A DNA stretch of 27,390 nucleotides from Octopus sinensis. Lineage: Eukaryota. The stretch covers positions 1-27,390 of the forward strand of contig NW_021833333.1 of assembly GCF_006345805.1 (NCBI RefSeq), given 5' to 3'. Below are positions 1 through 10,610 of the stretch, one piece after another. A model generated the notes under the pieces. It was not told where the DNA came from, did no database searches, and worked only from the letters and a program-made list of their open reading frames with translations. Positions within the stretch are counted from its first letter, which is position 1. The number at the start of each line of letters is the position of its first letter. The position numbers were made by a program, and so were the translations under genes.

Positions 1-269
1 AAGATCACTTAGTATTAGATTGTAAGTGCTCTTCTTCTAGCATATTTGGATGTCCACTTAGTGGTTATCCCTATTACGTGTATATACATACATATATATA
101 TATGTATGTATGTATATATTATATATATATATATAATATATTATATATTATATATACTAGTTACTAGGAATGTGTTTAATATGCAAATTTGGCGTGTCCA
201 GTTGTGCTAAACCGCTAAATTTAGTGGTTATTTAAGTAATGTGTTCGTGGATGGTTAATGGGTTGGATG

Positions 270-316
270 TGGTGCTGAAGAAGGAGCAATCAATCCTGAA
301 ATATACATATACACCA
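270..316 (+). ncRNA. Minimal type I hammerhead ribozyme motif (intact core)
   Basis: Stem I TGGTG(270-274)/CACCA(312-316); core CTGAAGA (275-281); stem II AGGA/TCCT with 8-nt loop; GAAA (298-301); near-palindromic stem III ATATACATAT (301-310); cleavage triplet AUA (309-311). Confidence 0.7.
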
Positions 317-346
317 ATTATCTATTTTTCTATCTTCGATCGCATT

Positions 347-383
347 GTTTACATGGACGTATTCGTACGCGAAACGTCGTAAC
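347..383 (+). ncRNA. Degenerate second hammerhead-like motif in tandem
   Basis: GTTTAC ... CGTA-TTCG-TACG hairpin, C-GAAA-CG-TC, then GTAAC able to pair with the 5' TTAC. The CTGANGA core is eroded to ATGGA. Confidence 0.4.
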
Positions 384-474
384 TTTCAGTGCATGCTCTA
401 TTTTCTATTAAAAAAGATTTGTAGAGATAACTTTTAAAAGTGATCTAACATTACCATCATCATTATAAATGACG

Positions 475-916
475 TAATCCTTTCTACTATCAGTACAAGG
501 CGTAGAATTCGGGTGGAGAGTGTTAGTTGATTACATCAATCCTGGTACTTGTTTTATCAACTCCGAAATGATGAAATGTAAAGTCGTCTTTGGTGGAATT
601 TGAACTCAGAACATAAAGCTGGTAAAAATGCAGCTAAACATTTTGTCGTGCGTAGTAACGATTCTGCCAGCTCACCGCCCCTCACCATGAATTAAATAAT
701 CCTTTCTACTATAGGCTCAAGGCCAGCAATTTTGTGGGGAAGGAACTAGTCAATTACATTGACACTAGTGCTTCACTGATTCTTAATTCATATCGATCTC
801 GAAAGGATGAAATGCAAGTCGACCTCGGCGGAATTTGAATTCAGAACACCAATGCGGACGACATGCCGCTAAGCATTTTGCCCGGTGTGCTAACGATTCT
901 GCCAGCTCGCCGCCTT
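475..916 (-). mobile_element. Two tandem family-A tRNA-derived SINEs
   Basis: Head GGCGGCGAGCTGGCAGAATCGTTAG (A-box-like), B-box-like GAGTTCAAATTCC, core GAGGTCGACTTTGCCTTTCATCCTTTCGGGGTCGATAAA..AAGTACCAG; copies 475-680 and 697-916. Confidence 0.8.
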
Positions 917-1226
917 CAGTATAAATTATATATAGAAAGAATTAAAGGAAATCTGTGCCAAAGTGGGAGTCTCAACGTGGCAGATCTGCCTGCTAGAAAT
1001 AGTAGCCAAGTTTCTTTAACAACACCTTGACATTTATAGACATCACCCCCGCAAAGTCACAATAAACAGCATAGTCACTGATTAAGACGGTTACTGCTGG
1101 AACATGTTTCATTTCTGATCTACTAAACAGAGTATGTTTTGGATTGAACAATAACAATGGCAAGTTAGTTGGATAGATATTTAACCGTGTGACTAATAAT
1201 AAAGAAGTGGGGTTGAATTAGTGCGT

Positions 1227-1228
<2 letters not shown>

Positions 1229-1267
<39 letters not shown>

Positions 1268-1281
1268 TATTATTATTATTA
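1229..1281. repeat. (TAT)n microsatellite
   Basis: Direct reading. Confidence 0.95.
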
Positions 1282-1349
1282 GCGTGATGACTCTCTCTAG
1301 ACACATTAAGGATCATGCAAACCATAAAAAAAACTAAATGGTAAGCACT

Positions 1350-1529
1350 AGCTGCACGCATGGTTATGTGGTAAGAAACTTGCTTTTCAGCCACTTGGGT
1401 CCGGGTTCAGACCCATTACATGGTGCTTTGGGCAAGTGTCTTCTATTATAGCCTTGGGCTGACCAAAGCCTTGTGAGTGTATTTGATTGACGGAAACTGA
1501 AAGAGGCCTGTCGCATGTGTGTGTGTGTG

Positions 1530-1562
<33 letters not shown>

Positions 1563-1745
1563 GGTGTGTTGATGTGTTTACATTCCCGAAATTTCAGCGG
1601 TTTGGTAAAAGACAACGATAGAACAAGTACTAGGCTTACAAAAAAAAAACAAAGTCCTGAGGTCGATTTGTTCAACTAAAACCCCTTAAGGTGGTGCTCC
1701 AGCATGGCCGCAGTCTAATGACCGAAACAAGAAAAAGAATAAAAG
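1350..1745 (+). mobile_element. Family-B tRNA-derived SINE (CORE-like, internal microsatellite)
   Basis: TGGTTATGTGGTAAG / GGGTTCAGACCC boxes, CORE-like TTGGGCAAGTGTCTT, internal (GT)n, tail GCTCCAGCATGGCCGCAGTC...GAAACAAG. Confidence 0.8.
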
Positions 1746-2261
1746 ATACACACACAAACACAAAACATACGTCATACACGCAGCCCTATATACTTGATTG
1801 CTGTCAACTCGTAGACGAGTATGACCATCACTGACAATTTATCTTACCTTACATGTTGAAAACAATGGCTCTCTGCAGTGACCGTGCTAATATTTAAAGT
1901 CAATAACAGCTCGCACAACATCACTGAGATTCACCTTTAAAATCAAGTATTCCAGAAACAAGCAAGTGTTCTTTAGCTTCGCAATGAGGCGGGTGTTATT
2001 TTGGAATTTTCCTTTCCCAGAGAGATGCTTAAACAGACTAAGGATCTCTCACTCCAGTTGTTGGATGATTGTTGACACTCAGGGAGTTAGTTCATCCATC
2101 CTTTGAAATGTTTTGCTTTTCATCCTGTGAAGGATGTTTAGCGAAAGCCACCCTCCTTACAAAGCAGTTTTGATAGGGTTGCCGGTTTCGTTGCCGACGT
2201 TCCTATGACGTGACAAGTTGTACTGGGTTACATGTTAACAGTGGCACTAAGAGTGACGCAA

Positions 2262-2290
2262 CATACATACAAACATACACACACACACAT

Positions 2291-2335
<45 letters not shown>

Positions 2336-2394
2336 CATACATACATACATACATACATACATACATACATACATACATACATACATACATACAT
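2262..2394. repeat. Compound (CA)n(TA)n(CATA)n microsatellite
   Basis: Direct reading. Confidence 0.95.
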
Positions 2395-3006
2395 AGTAAA
2401 TGTCTAAGTAACAATAAGGAAAGGAAAGGGTTTCGCGTACATTACAAATCAAACTGTAAGCGGAACAGTAAATATATGTAAGAATCTTCTCAATTTACCA
2501 TATAACATTGTTTTGTTTTTTTGTTTTTTTTTAATTTTTGTTTTGCAACGATGGAGCTTTTTTATCTTTGCTGGAAAACAGGTTCTTCCTTACAGGAAGA
2601 CTTCAAATAGTTTGAATAGACGACAACAGACATACATACATATATATACATCCGTTATAATGAACTTGTTTATCTATTTTCTCTGTGATCGTGTCTCTAT
2701 TTACATATATAGATATATGTTGTCCTCCGAGTGTTCAGCAGAGCTCTGTAACCTGACTCAGTAACACTAATCTACACCGTGTCGGAGTAAATAATAAAGA
2801 TGGCAAATTAACCGAATCGTTTGACCGTTTAATAGATTATTTTGGAGTGCCCGTTCCTGCTCTCTATGCTTTATACTAAATACCACAAAGATCAACTTCG
2901 CGTTTCATCCTTTCGAGCTCCATAAAGAAGTTTTTTCTTCTCCTCACTCTCTTCCTCCCTCCTTCTTTCTCCCCTCTCTTTCTCTCTCTCTCTCTCTCAA
3001 CAGTGG

Positions 3007-3559
<553 letters not shown>

Positions 3560-3784
3560 GGAGTAAATATCATTTTATCTATGTTTATCTCTGAAAAATG
3601 AGGTTTAATAACCAGAAAAATTATAATCATGTTAACAAACGATTCATCTCAGACGTTTGGCTATTTAATCGCCATAAAATTTAATCTCACATTCAACTGG
3701 GTTCGGGACTTGGACTTAGCGGTGTTTACTAATAAGTGCTAAGTAATCAATATATAATTGATAAAATATTTTACTGGTACTTAC

Positions 3785-4464
3785 ACTAATTCCACTTCAC
3801 GTTGTCGATACTTTCGGATTCGTCGGTTAGCCTCCTCTCGCCAACCTTCCGGTGCCTTCCAACTTCTGATGGATATATCGTCGACATAGAAATCGAAATA
3901 TGGGAATATGCCGTATTCTCCTTGAACGAAAATTGTTACTAATCCCGTTAATGCTTTAGGAAACACATGATTTTCAAGAATCTGGCGCCATTCTTCGTGT
4001 ACTGCTCTTATTGAACCAATAACGTCATAAATCTCTTTTGATCCGTTTTTGTATTTCGCTACAATCTGGATACGATAGCCTCTATGCCTACCAGAGAAAC
4101 TATTCTCTTTCTCAGTTAAAAGACCATTGCTTATTGTGCTCTTGTTTGTGATGTCGTTTGTGGCCCCCAGTCTAACCCAGGCGGCTATGATAAACCGCTT
4201 TCCAGCAAGTTGTGTACCATTGATAACTTGACGTGGTCCTGCCCAGTAACCGGCTCGACTTGTGACTACAGCGCTTCTGTCACCGGATGCTTTTGTTGCT
4301 TCTGATGTAACCAACTTGCAACCGATAGCCTTCCAGCCAGTTGGTTGACTAAATGAATTCATTTCTTCGAAATCTCCGTTAAGGATTTCATCTCCAGCTT
4401 TCACAGCTGGTATGAAATGCAGAAATACAGAAGTGGAACAGCATAAAATAATAAAAGCATACAT
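3785..4464 (-). CDS. First coding exon of a secreted carbohydrate-binding-module (CBM4/9/22-like) protein, probably a GH10 endo-1,4-beta-xylanase-like enzyme; downstream exons not found in window
   Basis: 680-nt non-repetitive ORF from ATG 4464 with a hydrophobic signal peptide (MYAFIILCCSTSVFLHFIPAVKA). CBM motifs: ILNGDFEE, W..IGCKL, SG..SAVVT.R..YWAGP.Q, AAWVRL, W.QI, FYVDDISI. These are followed by WREEANRRIRKYRQREV, the helix that precedes the GH10 barrel in animal/plant xylanases. The apparent TAA stop lies inside a canonical donor GT|GTAAGT (intron starts 3784, phase 2). Confidence 0.85.
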
Positions 4465-5310
4465 ATTGTTTTATGCAAGTAATCTTTAGAGTTAAAATGC
4501 AGCAAATTTGTCAAGGAACTTCAGAATATATTTATCTTTTAAATAGGTAATGAATCCATATTTCGGAAAACATATTTTGATATTTGTTTTCAATATGAGT
4601 TTGTAATAGGTTCCAAGTTTCTTCCACGTTTCACTTCATTCAGTAAAATATTTGTTTTGTTTTGTAAATTATTCAACAAACTTAAAAGTGTTTCATTACA
4701 ATTAAACTTGGAATGATGTGTAGAACATAGGAAGTTCTTTGAACAGAGGGCTGACTAAACTTGACTATATCAAAACTTGACTGAATTTTCAATAAAGTTC
4801 TCACCATATAGCGTAAAGGACCAATAAGAGCTGAGGTCGGTGTACGTGTTGATTTGGCAGTGACATTATTTGTTCAGAAATTCCTTTGCTGAGAAATATC
4901 CATAGAGCAATATTTGAAAAGTAAACGAATCATCAAAGAAGCGTGATTTTGGCAAGTATTAGCTTCGGAATACTTTCTGAAAAACACGCATAGTTTTTTT
5001 TTTTTTTTTTCTTTTCTTACTTGTCGGAAATATCTTAACAGAAATGGTTATAGCTTAGTGAAATGTTTACCATTTAGTCAACTGGATATTGTATAATCTT
5101 CTACATTGAATCCTGTCTTTTATCTCGCTCCCTCCCACTCTGGCTATCGAGAGAGTTGAGTGGGGAGGCACATCCTTTCCAACAAGACCTGTGATCTTTG
5201 GTTATATTATGTCGTTCCTGTTCCTTTCATTTCCTTTGGCCTAAATTTGAATCGGTCCCTAAGAAGTACTTCTAAAATATCATGTGTGTTCTGAAATGCA
5301 ATGCACGTGA

Positions 5311-5313
5311 GTA

Positions 5314-5345
<32 letters not shown>

Positions 5346-5356
5346 TGTGTGTGCAT
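5311..5356. repeat. (GC)n(GT)n alternating purine-pyrimidine tract
   Basis: Direct reading. Confidence 0.9.
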
Positions 5357-5697
5357 TGTGAAAGTTAATTGCATAGCTGTTTGAAAATTACATCAATAGT
5401 CGAATGTGATATAGTTCATCAAATTATACACAATATGCGTGTATATATCTTTAACTGTAAGCTCCTGTTGCAGATTAGTGTTCTTAGAAGACTTAATCCC
5501 TCGTCCGATTTATTAACAGCACCTAGCCCTTACTTACCTTCAAAGGAACCCATTCTATAGCAAGCATTCGGCCGTGGTCTCCGCTCTGAAGGTAACTTCT
5601 TCCTTTTTCTTCTATTAGTCAGGAAGTACTAAAAAGTGTTTCGTTTTGGGATTTGGTTTGCAAGATTCTTTTTGTGAGTTCGTGTATTGCAGCATAT

Positions 5698-5923
5698 TCT
5701 GTTGTGTCTGGGGAGAGTCATTTTCTTTTTGTGCCTTATAATTTAACACTCACCGGTAAAATTTCCACTTATTCCTTATTTTTATTTTCCTAAAATTTTC
5801 GTTGTGTTTTGCAACCTTTTCAATTTTAGGAAAATAAAAATAAGGAATAAGTGGAAATATTATCGGTGAGTGTGTTAAATTATAAGGCACAAAAAGAAAA
5901 CGACTCTCCTCAGACACAACAGA
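5698..5923. repeat. ~100-bp-arm inverted repeat (fold-back) with 24-nt loop
   Basis: 5698-5797 is the reverse complement of 5822-5923, with a few mismatches and a 2-nt indel. Confidence 0.9.
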
Positions 5924-6219
5924 CTGAAAAGTGTTGTTTTATCTCTAAATAAGCCATTTGAAAAAGCAAGAAAATTCTCTTTGACCAGAACGGTCATAGA
6001 TGGAATGGAGCACATTCAGAACTGATCATAGGCTAAACGAGAACAAAAATGTATAGCCTGAGGAATTTAGTTCCAAAACAAAAGGTAACAATACCCAGGC
6101 AATTATTTCTGGACCTTAATTTATCTTCTACTTTGTTTCATTCATGAGATTGCGACCATGCTTGAGCACATCCTTGGATAATTTGTTGTTGAATGACTCA
6201 ACCCCGTGACATTTTTTAA

Positions 6220-6415
6220 GGCTGGTACTTATTCTATCGTTATTTTTTGTTGAACTGCTAAGCACCGGGGGCGTAAACATACCAGCACTGGTTGTCAAGA
6301 GGTAGTAGGGAACAAGCACAAAGACACACACACACATACACACACACACCCATATCACGGGCTTCTTTCAGTTTTCGTCGGACTAAATCCACTCACAAGG
6401 TTTTAGTCGGCCCAA
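6220..6415 (-). mobile_element. Partial family-B SINE
   Basis: GTACTTATTCTATCG, GGTTGTCAAG, GGGCTTCTTTCAGTTT and AATCCACTCACAAGG motifs. Confidence 0.7.
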
Positions 6416-6800
6416 GAAAACTTATATAAATGTGCATGAAACCAAAATCTCATGACAATTGTCTTCGATTTCGTTCCACAATTAAGAAGTTGCATTCAGG
6501 AACCATGTCAGAATAATGCTAATGATATTGTAGGTAAGTTTTATTTGTTTTTGCGTGGTCTATGAATAACTTAGTTGTTGTTATGCTGTTTCATTCAAAA
6601 CCCTGGCCGAGGAAACCGGTCATATAAACTTAACCAGGAAAAATGAATACATGCAATCATCATATATTCTACTTGACCTCAGCTTGTTGAGAAGGTTAAT
6701 GTTTTATCCCTTAATAAAATGAATTCAAAATCCACCTAAGTCACATTTATGTTATCTAGCTTAGGCCCTATAATTATTTCTGCTTTTATTTACTCATTGC

Positions 6801-7106
6801 TGTAGCGTACTTGTTACGTGCAATAAATACAATAACCAGACAACGGTAAAAACAATGTAACGAACTCTTGTGAACTAACCAACCGACACCTTCCGACTTC
6901 ACTGCGAACTTATACCTATTTCTTTACTACCCACGAGGGGCTACACACAGAGAGGACAAGCAAGGACAGACAAACTTATACCAACTTAAACTCGACTCTG
7001 GACCTCTAACTCACTCCGATTGTTACTATTTATACTTTTCCAGTCAATCGCTCGCAAGGGGGCGTCGTAACTCTCATCATCGTTGTACTAAGCACTCTTG
7101 TTAGCA
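6801..7106 (-). repeat. 3' LTR of gypsy element (inner boundary approximate; contains SINE fragment)
   Basis: TG...CA ends; aligns with 9331-9558 (caataaata, gtaaaaacaatgtaac, gtgaactaaccaa.cgacaccttccgacttc, gattgttactatt). Confidence 0.75.
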
Positions 7107-7299
7107 TTCTATTTTGTTTGTTTGTTTGTTTGTTTTTTGTTTGTTTTTTGAAAATTTATTATCCTTTTTTTTAGGTATTACTTCCAGATATTCAGTCTGT
7201 TTTCATTTTCTGAAGCTAGTTCTATGGGATTCGATATCTCTCGGTGCTGGCACTTCAAACATATCATAGAAGACTTCCATTGGTATTACCCTTCGTTCT

Positions 7300-7930
7300 T
7301 TTGTAAGTTTCATCTCTAACTATTCAAGGTGTCTCTAATGTTCCGAACGTTGTCCTTTACTTAAATACATCATGTTACCTAATCTTTTGATTATACAGCC
7401 ATCCTCTCAACCTTCTTTACCATTTCGAAATATTTTGTAATATTTCTTGTATTTCCTTCAAATGTATTTTTTGTCTTTCCTTTATATGTGTTTTTTTTCC
7501 TGGCAATAATTTATGGAAGATCGATTTTATTTCACACACGAACATCAACTCTGCTGGTAATTTTCCTGAATTAGTATTTGGGTTTGGCATTACTCTCAAA
7601 AATTTCGTTAGTGCCTCGTCATTATCTAGCTCGCCTGCTCATTTTACTTTAGGTGGTAAGGCGGGGTAAAGATGTGCTTTATGGCATGTATTTTGCAGAA
7701 ATTTCTTAATTCATATGCCGTGAATTGTGTTCCATTATCTGAAACCAACGTGTCTGGCACACTATATCGAGCACATAACTTGAGTAGGAATTTTATTGCT
7801 GTCTTTGCTGAGGTTTATTACATCTACATACCTCTAGCCACTTTGTATAGCTATCCACAACGATGAGATAGTATGCGCTGTTCATTGGTCCAGTGTAGTC
7901 GATATGTATCCTAGACTATAGACCTGGTTT
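7300..7930 (-). pseudogene. gypsy integrase core and C-terminal remnant
   Basis: Minus-strand reading gives RIHIDYTGP, YYLIVVDSYTKWLEV, VSDNGTQFTA and FTPPYH, followed by the PNPNT..GKLPAELMF ORF. Confidence 0.8.
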
Positions 7931-7959
7931 GTCCGAGAGTACATGCGGAAACATTTTTT

Positions 7960-9270
7960 TAATGTTCTCTTTAACTCTTCAGACGAATTATTTTTATGGG
8001 GACAACCTTTTTATGTTTTTACAATAGAGATGTAAGGAGAAGTCCCATAAATTGAATAATTCTAACCAATCGGTACCCAACAGATCAGTTGCATTTTTAA
8101 CGACGAAAACTTTCGCCTTGCATGTTTTCCCTTGAAATGTAACTTTAGTCCTCATTTCGCTTAACAAATGTAATTTATCGCCCGTCACGCTACGAGTAGA
8201 TTTCACTGTTTTTCTCAACATAGGTTTCCCTATTTTCTTCTATGTGTCTATATTTATTATCGAAATATCATTTCCAATATCCAATTGAAGTTTATTTATT
8301 TTTATGTGTACAAATTTTCTTATTTGGAAGTCGATTTTTGTTTCTGCTGAGAGGACTCTAGGATTTTTAACGTTTGACCTTCGTAATTTTGTTCTGCAGT
8401 CTGAACTGTTGTGACCAATTCTTTTGCAACTGTAAAACTTTTGATTTTTAGATGGATAGTCTTTTCTGAAATGTATGCCTCGACATCCATAGTATGGATT
8501 AGAACGTGGCACTTTTTTTGGTTGTATGCTTCCGGTCGGTATATCTGTATGTTTGAGGAATCCTTTTCTCGAATTTTTTTCTACATTGTGTTTCAGTTTA
8601 CCATCCCTTGGCATTCTTATTTTGTTCTAAATGGGAACAAGCAATCTTGATTCGCTTTTCCCTATTTAGAAAGAATTCTTGCCCGAATTTCTGTATCTTC
8701 GCTTGCTGTAAGGCCTTGAACGAAAATAAGACACTTGAACATCCCAGATGTAAGTTTAAAACATTCACACATTTTGTTGACCGTTTTTGCGTATGTGATA
8801 AAATCATCATTCTCCTTTTTCGTTATATTCCAACTCTCCATTCGAGTGTTAAATAGGGAAGTTTTATCACCGAATATGTTAGATAGTAATTCTATTGTTT
8901 CTTAAAAAATTTAATTGGGTTTTTTGGGGCAATATGAAATTACAGTAACGTTCATGCTTTAACGGAGCTAATTTTCACAATAACAAGCTCACTTTTTGTT
9001 CGTCCGACCATGATTTGCAATCCTGCTTAACAATCTCCTCGTACCTTCAGTTATACCTTCCTCTGGGTTATAACCGAATTCATTTATCGACTTCGAAACG
9101 CCGTCTGGCGAAAATGAACTTACCTCATTTTTGGAGTTCTTTGAACATAGCTCCAATAATTGTTGTTGTAATTGTTGCTGTAATAGCTGCTTCTGCAACT
9201 CCTGTTGCTGCTCTTGTTGTTGCTTTTGCAACTGTACTATGGAAGCTAATAGGTCTTCATTATTTAACAA
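7960..9270 (-). pseudogene. gag: gypsy gag-protease, frameshifted
   Basis: Q-rich N-terminus, EFGYNPEEGIT, decayed CCHC knuckles (YGCRGIHFRKDYP; YSCKRIGHNSSDC), protease LQLDIGNDISII (degenerate LDTGSD) and LLGTDWL. Confidence 0.8.
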
Positions 9271-9317
9271 GTTGTATCACGAACAAATTGTTAAATAACA
9301 TACGTGAGCTTCGAAAA

Positions 9318-9328
9318 CCGTGTCACCA
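9318..9328 (-). promoter_or_regulatory. Putative primer-binding site
   Basis: TGGTGACACGG lies 2 nt inside the LTR end (..TACA). The cognate tRNA was not identified. Confidence 0.55.
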
Positions 9329-9330
9329 GA

Positions 9331-9558
9331 TGTAAAGTACTTGTTACATACAATAAATAAGATAACTAGCCACCAGTAAAAACAATGTAACAAACTAACA
9401 AATCTCTTTACGAATCAACAATCAATATTCCTTGTGAACTAACCAAGCGACACCTTCCGACTTCTCTGCGAACTAACACGAACTTCACTCGACTCCGGAC
9501 TCTGATCCTTAACTCATTTGGATTGTTACTATTGATACTTCACTCGGACCAGTCTATC
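9331..9558 (-). repeat. 5' LTR of gypsy element, truncated at outer end
   Basis: Homology to 6801-7050 stops near 9558; has extra internal sequence relative to the other LTR. Confidence 0.75.
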
Positions 9559-9574
9559 TAACAGTTATACAAAG

Positions 9575-9688
9575 TGTTTTTTACATTATTTACATTATTT
9601 GCATTTAACGGATATTTGTCTTCATCTTGTTTGTTGTTAACACAACGTTTCGGCTGATATACCCTCCAGCCTTCATCAGGTGTCTTGG
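9575..9688 (-). mobile_element. Third, truncated copy of the hammerhead-bearing repeat
   Basis: Near-identical to 3040-3135; sits between the truncated gypsy LTR and a SINE body. Confidence 0.75.
9639..9684 (-). ncRNA. Minimal type I hammerhead ribozyme motif (intact core) in a Penelope-pLTR-like repeat
   Basis: Minus strand reads GACAC-CTGATGA-A-GGCTG(gagggtatat)CAGCC-GAAA-CG-TT-GTGTT: 5-bp stem I, full core with one extra A, 5-bp stem II, palindromic ACGT stem III, GUU cleavage triplet. Confidence 0.75.
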
Positions 9689-9769
9689 TTGTCAAGTGAT
9701 GTTGGGGGGATAAACACAGACACACAAACATATACATACACACATATGTATACATATATATATATATAC

Positions 9770-9844
<75 letters not shown>

Positions 9845-10115
9845 CGGGCTTCTTTCAGTTTCCGTCTACCAAATCCACTCACAAGGCTTTGGTCGGCCCG
9901 AGGCTATAGTAGAAGAAGACACTTGCCTAAGGTGCCATGCTGGGATACCGCCTTGAAGAGATTTAGGCAAACGAATCAACCCAGGTACTTTCTTTTTAAG
10001 CCTCTTAGTTATTCTATCGGTCTTTTTTTTTACCAAAGGTCTAAGTTAGAGGATGTAAACAAACCAACACCTGTTACTAGAGGAAAATCACAAACACAGA
10101 CACACAGTCGTATAC

Positions 10116-10208
<93 letters not shown>

Positions 10209-10338
10209 AAGATAGATACGACAGGTTTCTTTCAGTTTCCACCAATCAAGTCCATTTACAAGGCTTTGGCCGACTGGGGTCTATAATAGAAGACACTTGC
10301 ACAAGGGAAACAAATTTCTTACCACACAGCCACGCCTT
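9687..10338 (-). mobile_element. Two family-B SINE copies (internal (TA)n and (GATA)n)
   Basis: Copies ~9687-9940 and ~9945-10338. Confidence 0.8.
10118..10217. repeat. (GATA)n microsatellite
   Basis: Direct reading. Confidence 0.97.
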
Positions 10339-10359
10339 ATTTATTTGTGGAGATAATAA

Positions 10360-10610
10360 TAAATAAATAAACGCGCCCTTTTAAAGGATCATGGGCCCGG
10401 TTTCCCGGTTTCTATGGCGTATATGTTCCCCAGCTGGACGGGACGCCAGTCCATCGCAGCGTTACTCATTTTTGCCAGCTGAGTGGACTGGAGCAACGTG
10501 AAATGAAGTGTTTTGCTCAAGAACACAAAGCCTCGCCCGGTCTGGGAATCGAAACCACAATCTTACGATCATGATGCTGACACCCTAACCACTAAGCCAC
10601 GCGCCTCCAC
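10360..10610 (-). mobile_element. Family-C tRNA-derived SINE with 14-bp TSD
   Basis: A box TGGCTTAGTGG, B box GTTTCGATTCC, (TTTA)n tail; perfect TSD TGTGGAGATAATAA (10346-10359, 10611-10624). Confidence 0.88.

Larger units (their letters stand above)
6801..9558 (-). mobile_element. Degenerate, internally deleted Ty3/gypsy LTR retrotransposon
   Basis: Two homologous LTRs begin TGTA..GTACTTGTTAC on + at 6801 and 9331. A TGG-starting PBS-like sequence lies next to the 9331 LTR. Fragmented gag, zinc knuckles, protease and integrase are present. Confidence 0.88.

Noticed and set aside
1848-1933. Candidate second exon of the CBM gene (AG...GTAAG on minus)
   Set aside because: The required phase gives an immediate TGA; no GH10 similarity.
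1790-2220. Possible old LINE/RTE remnant
   Set aside because: No recognisable coding motif or ends.
3781-3783. Stop codon giving a complete 227-aa protein
   Set aside because: TAA lies within the GTAAGT donor, and the protein ends mid-linker.
10535-10608. tRNA gene
   Set aside because: tRNA-derived SINE head followed by body, tail and TSD.
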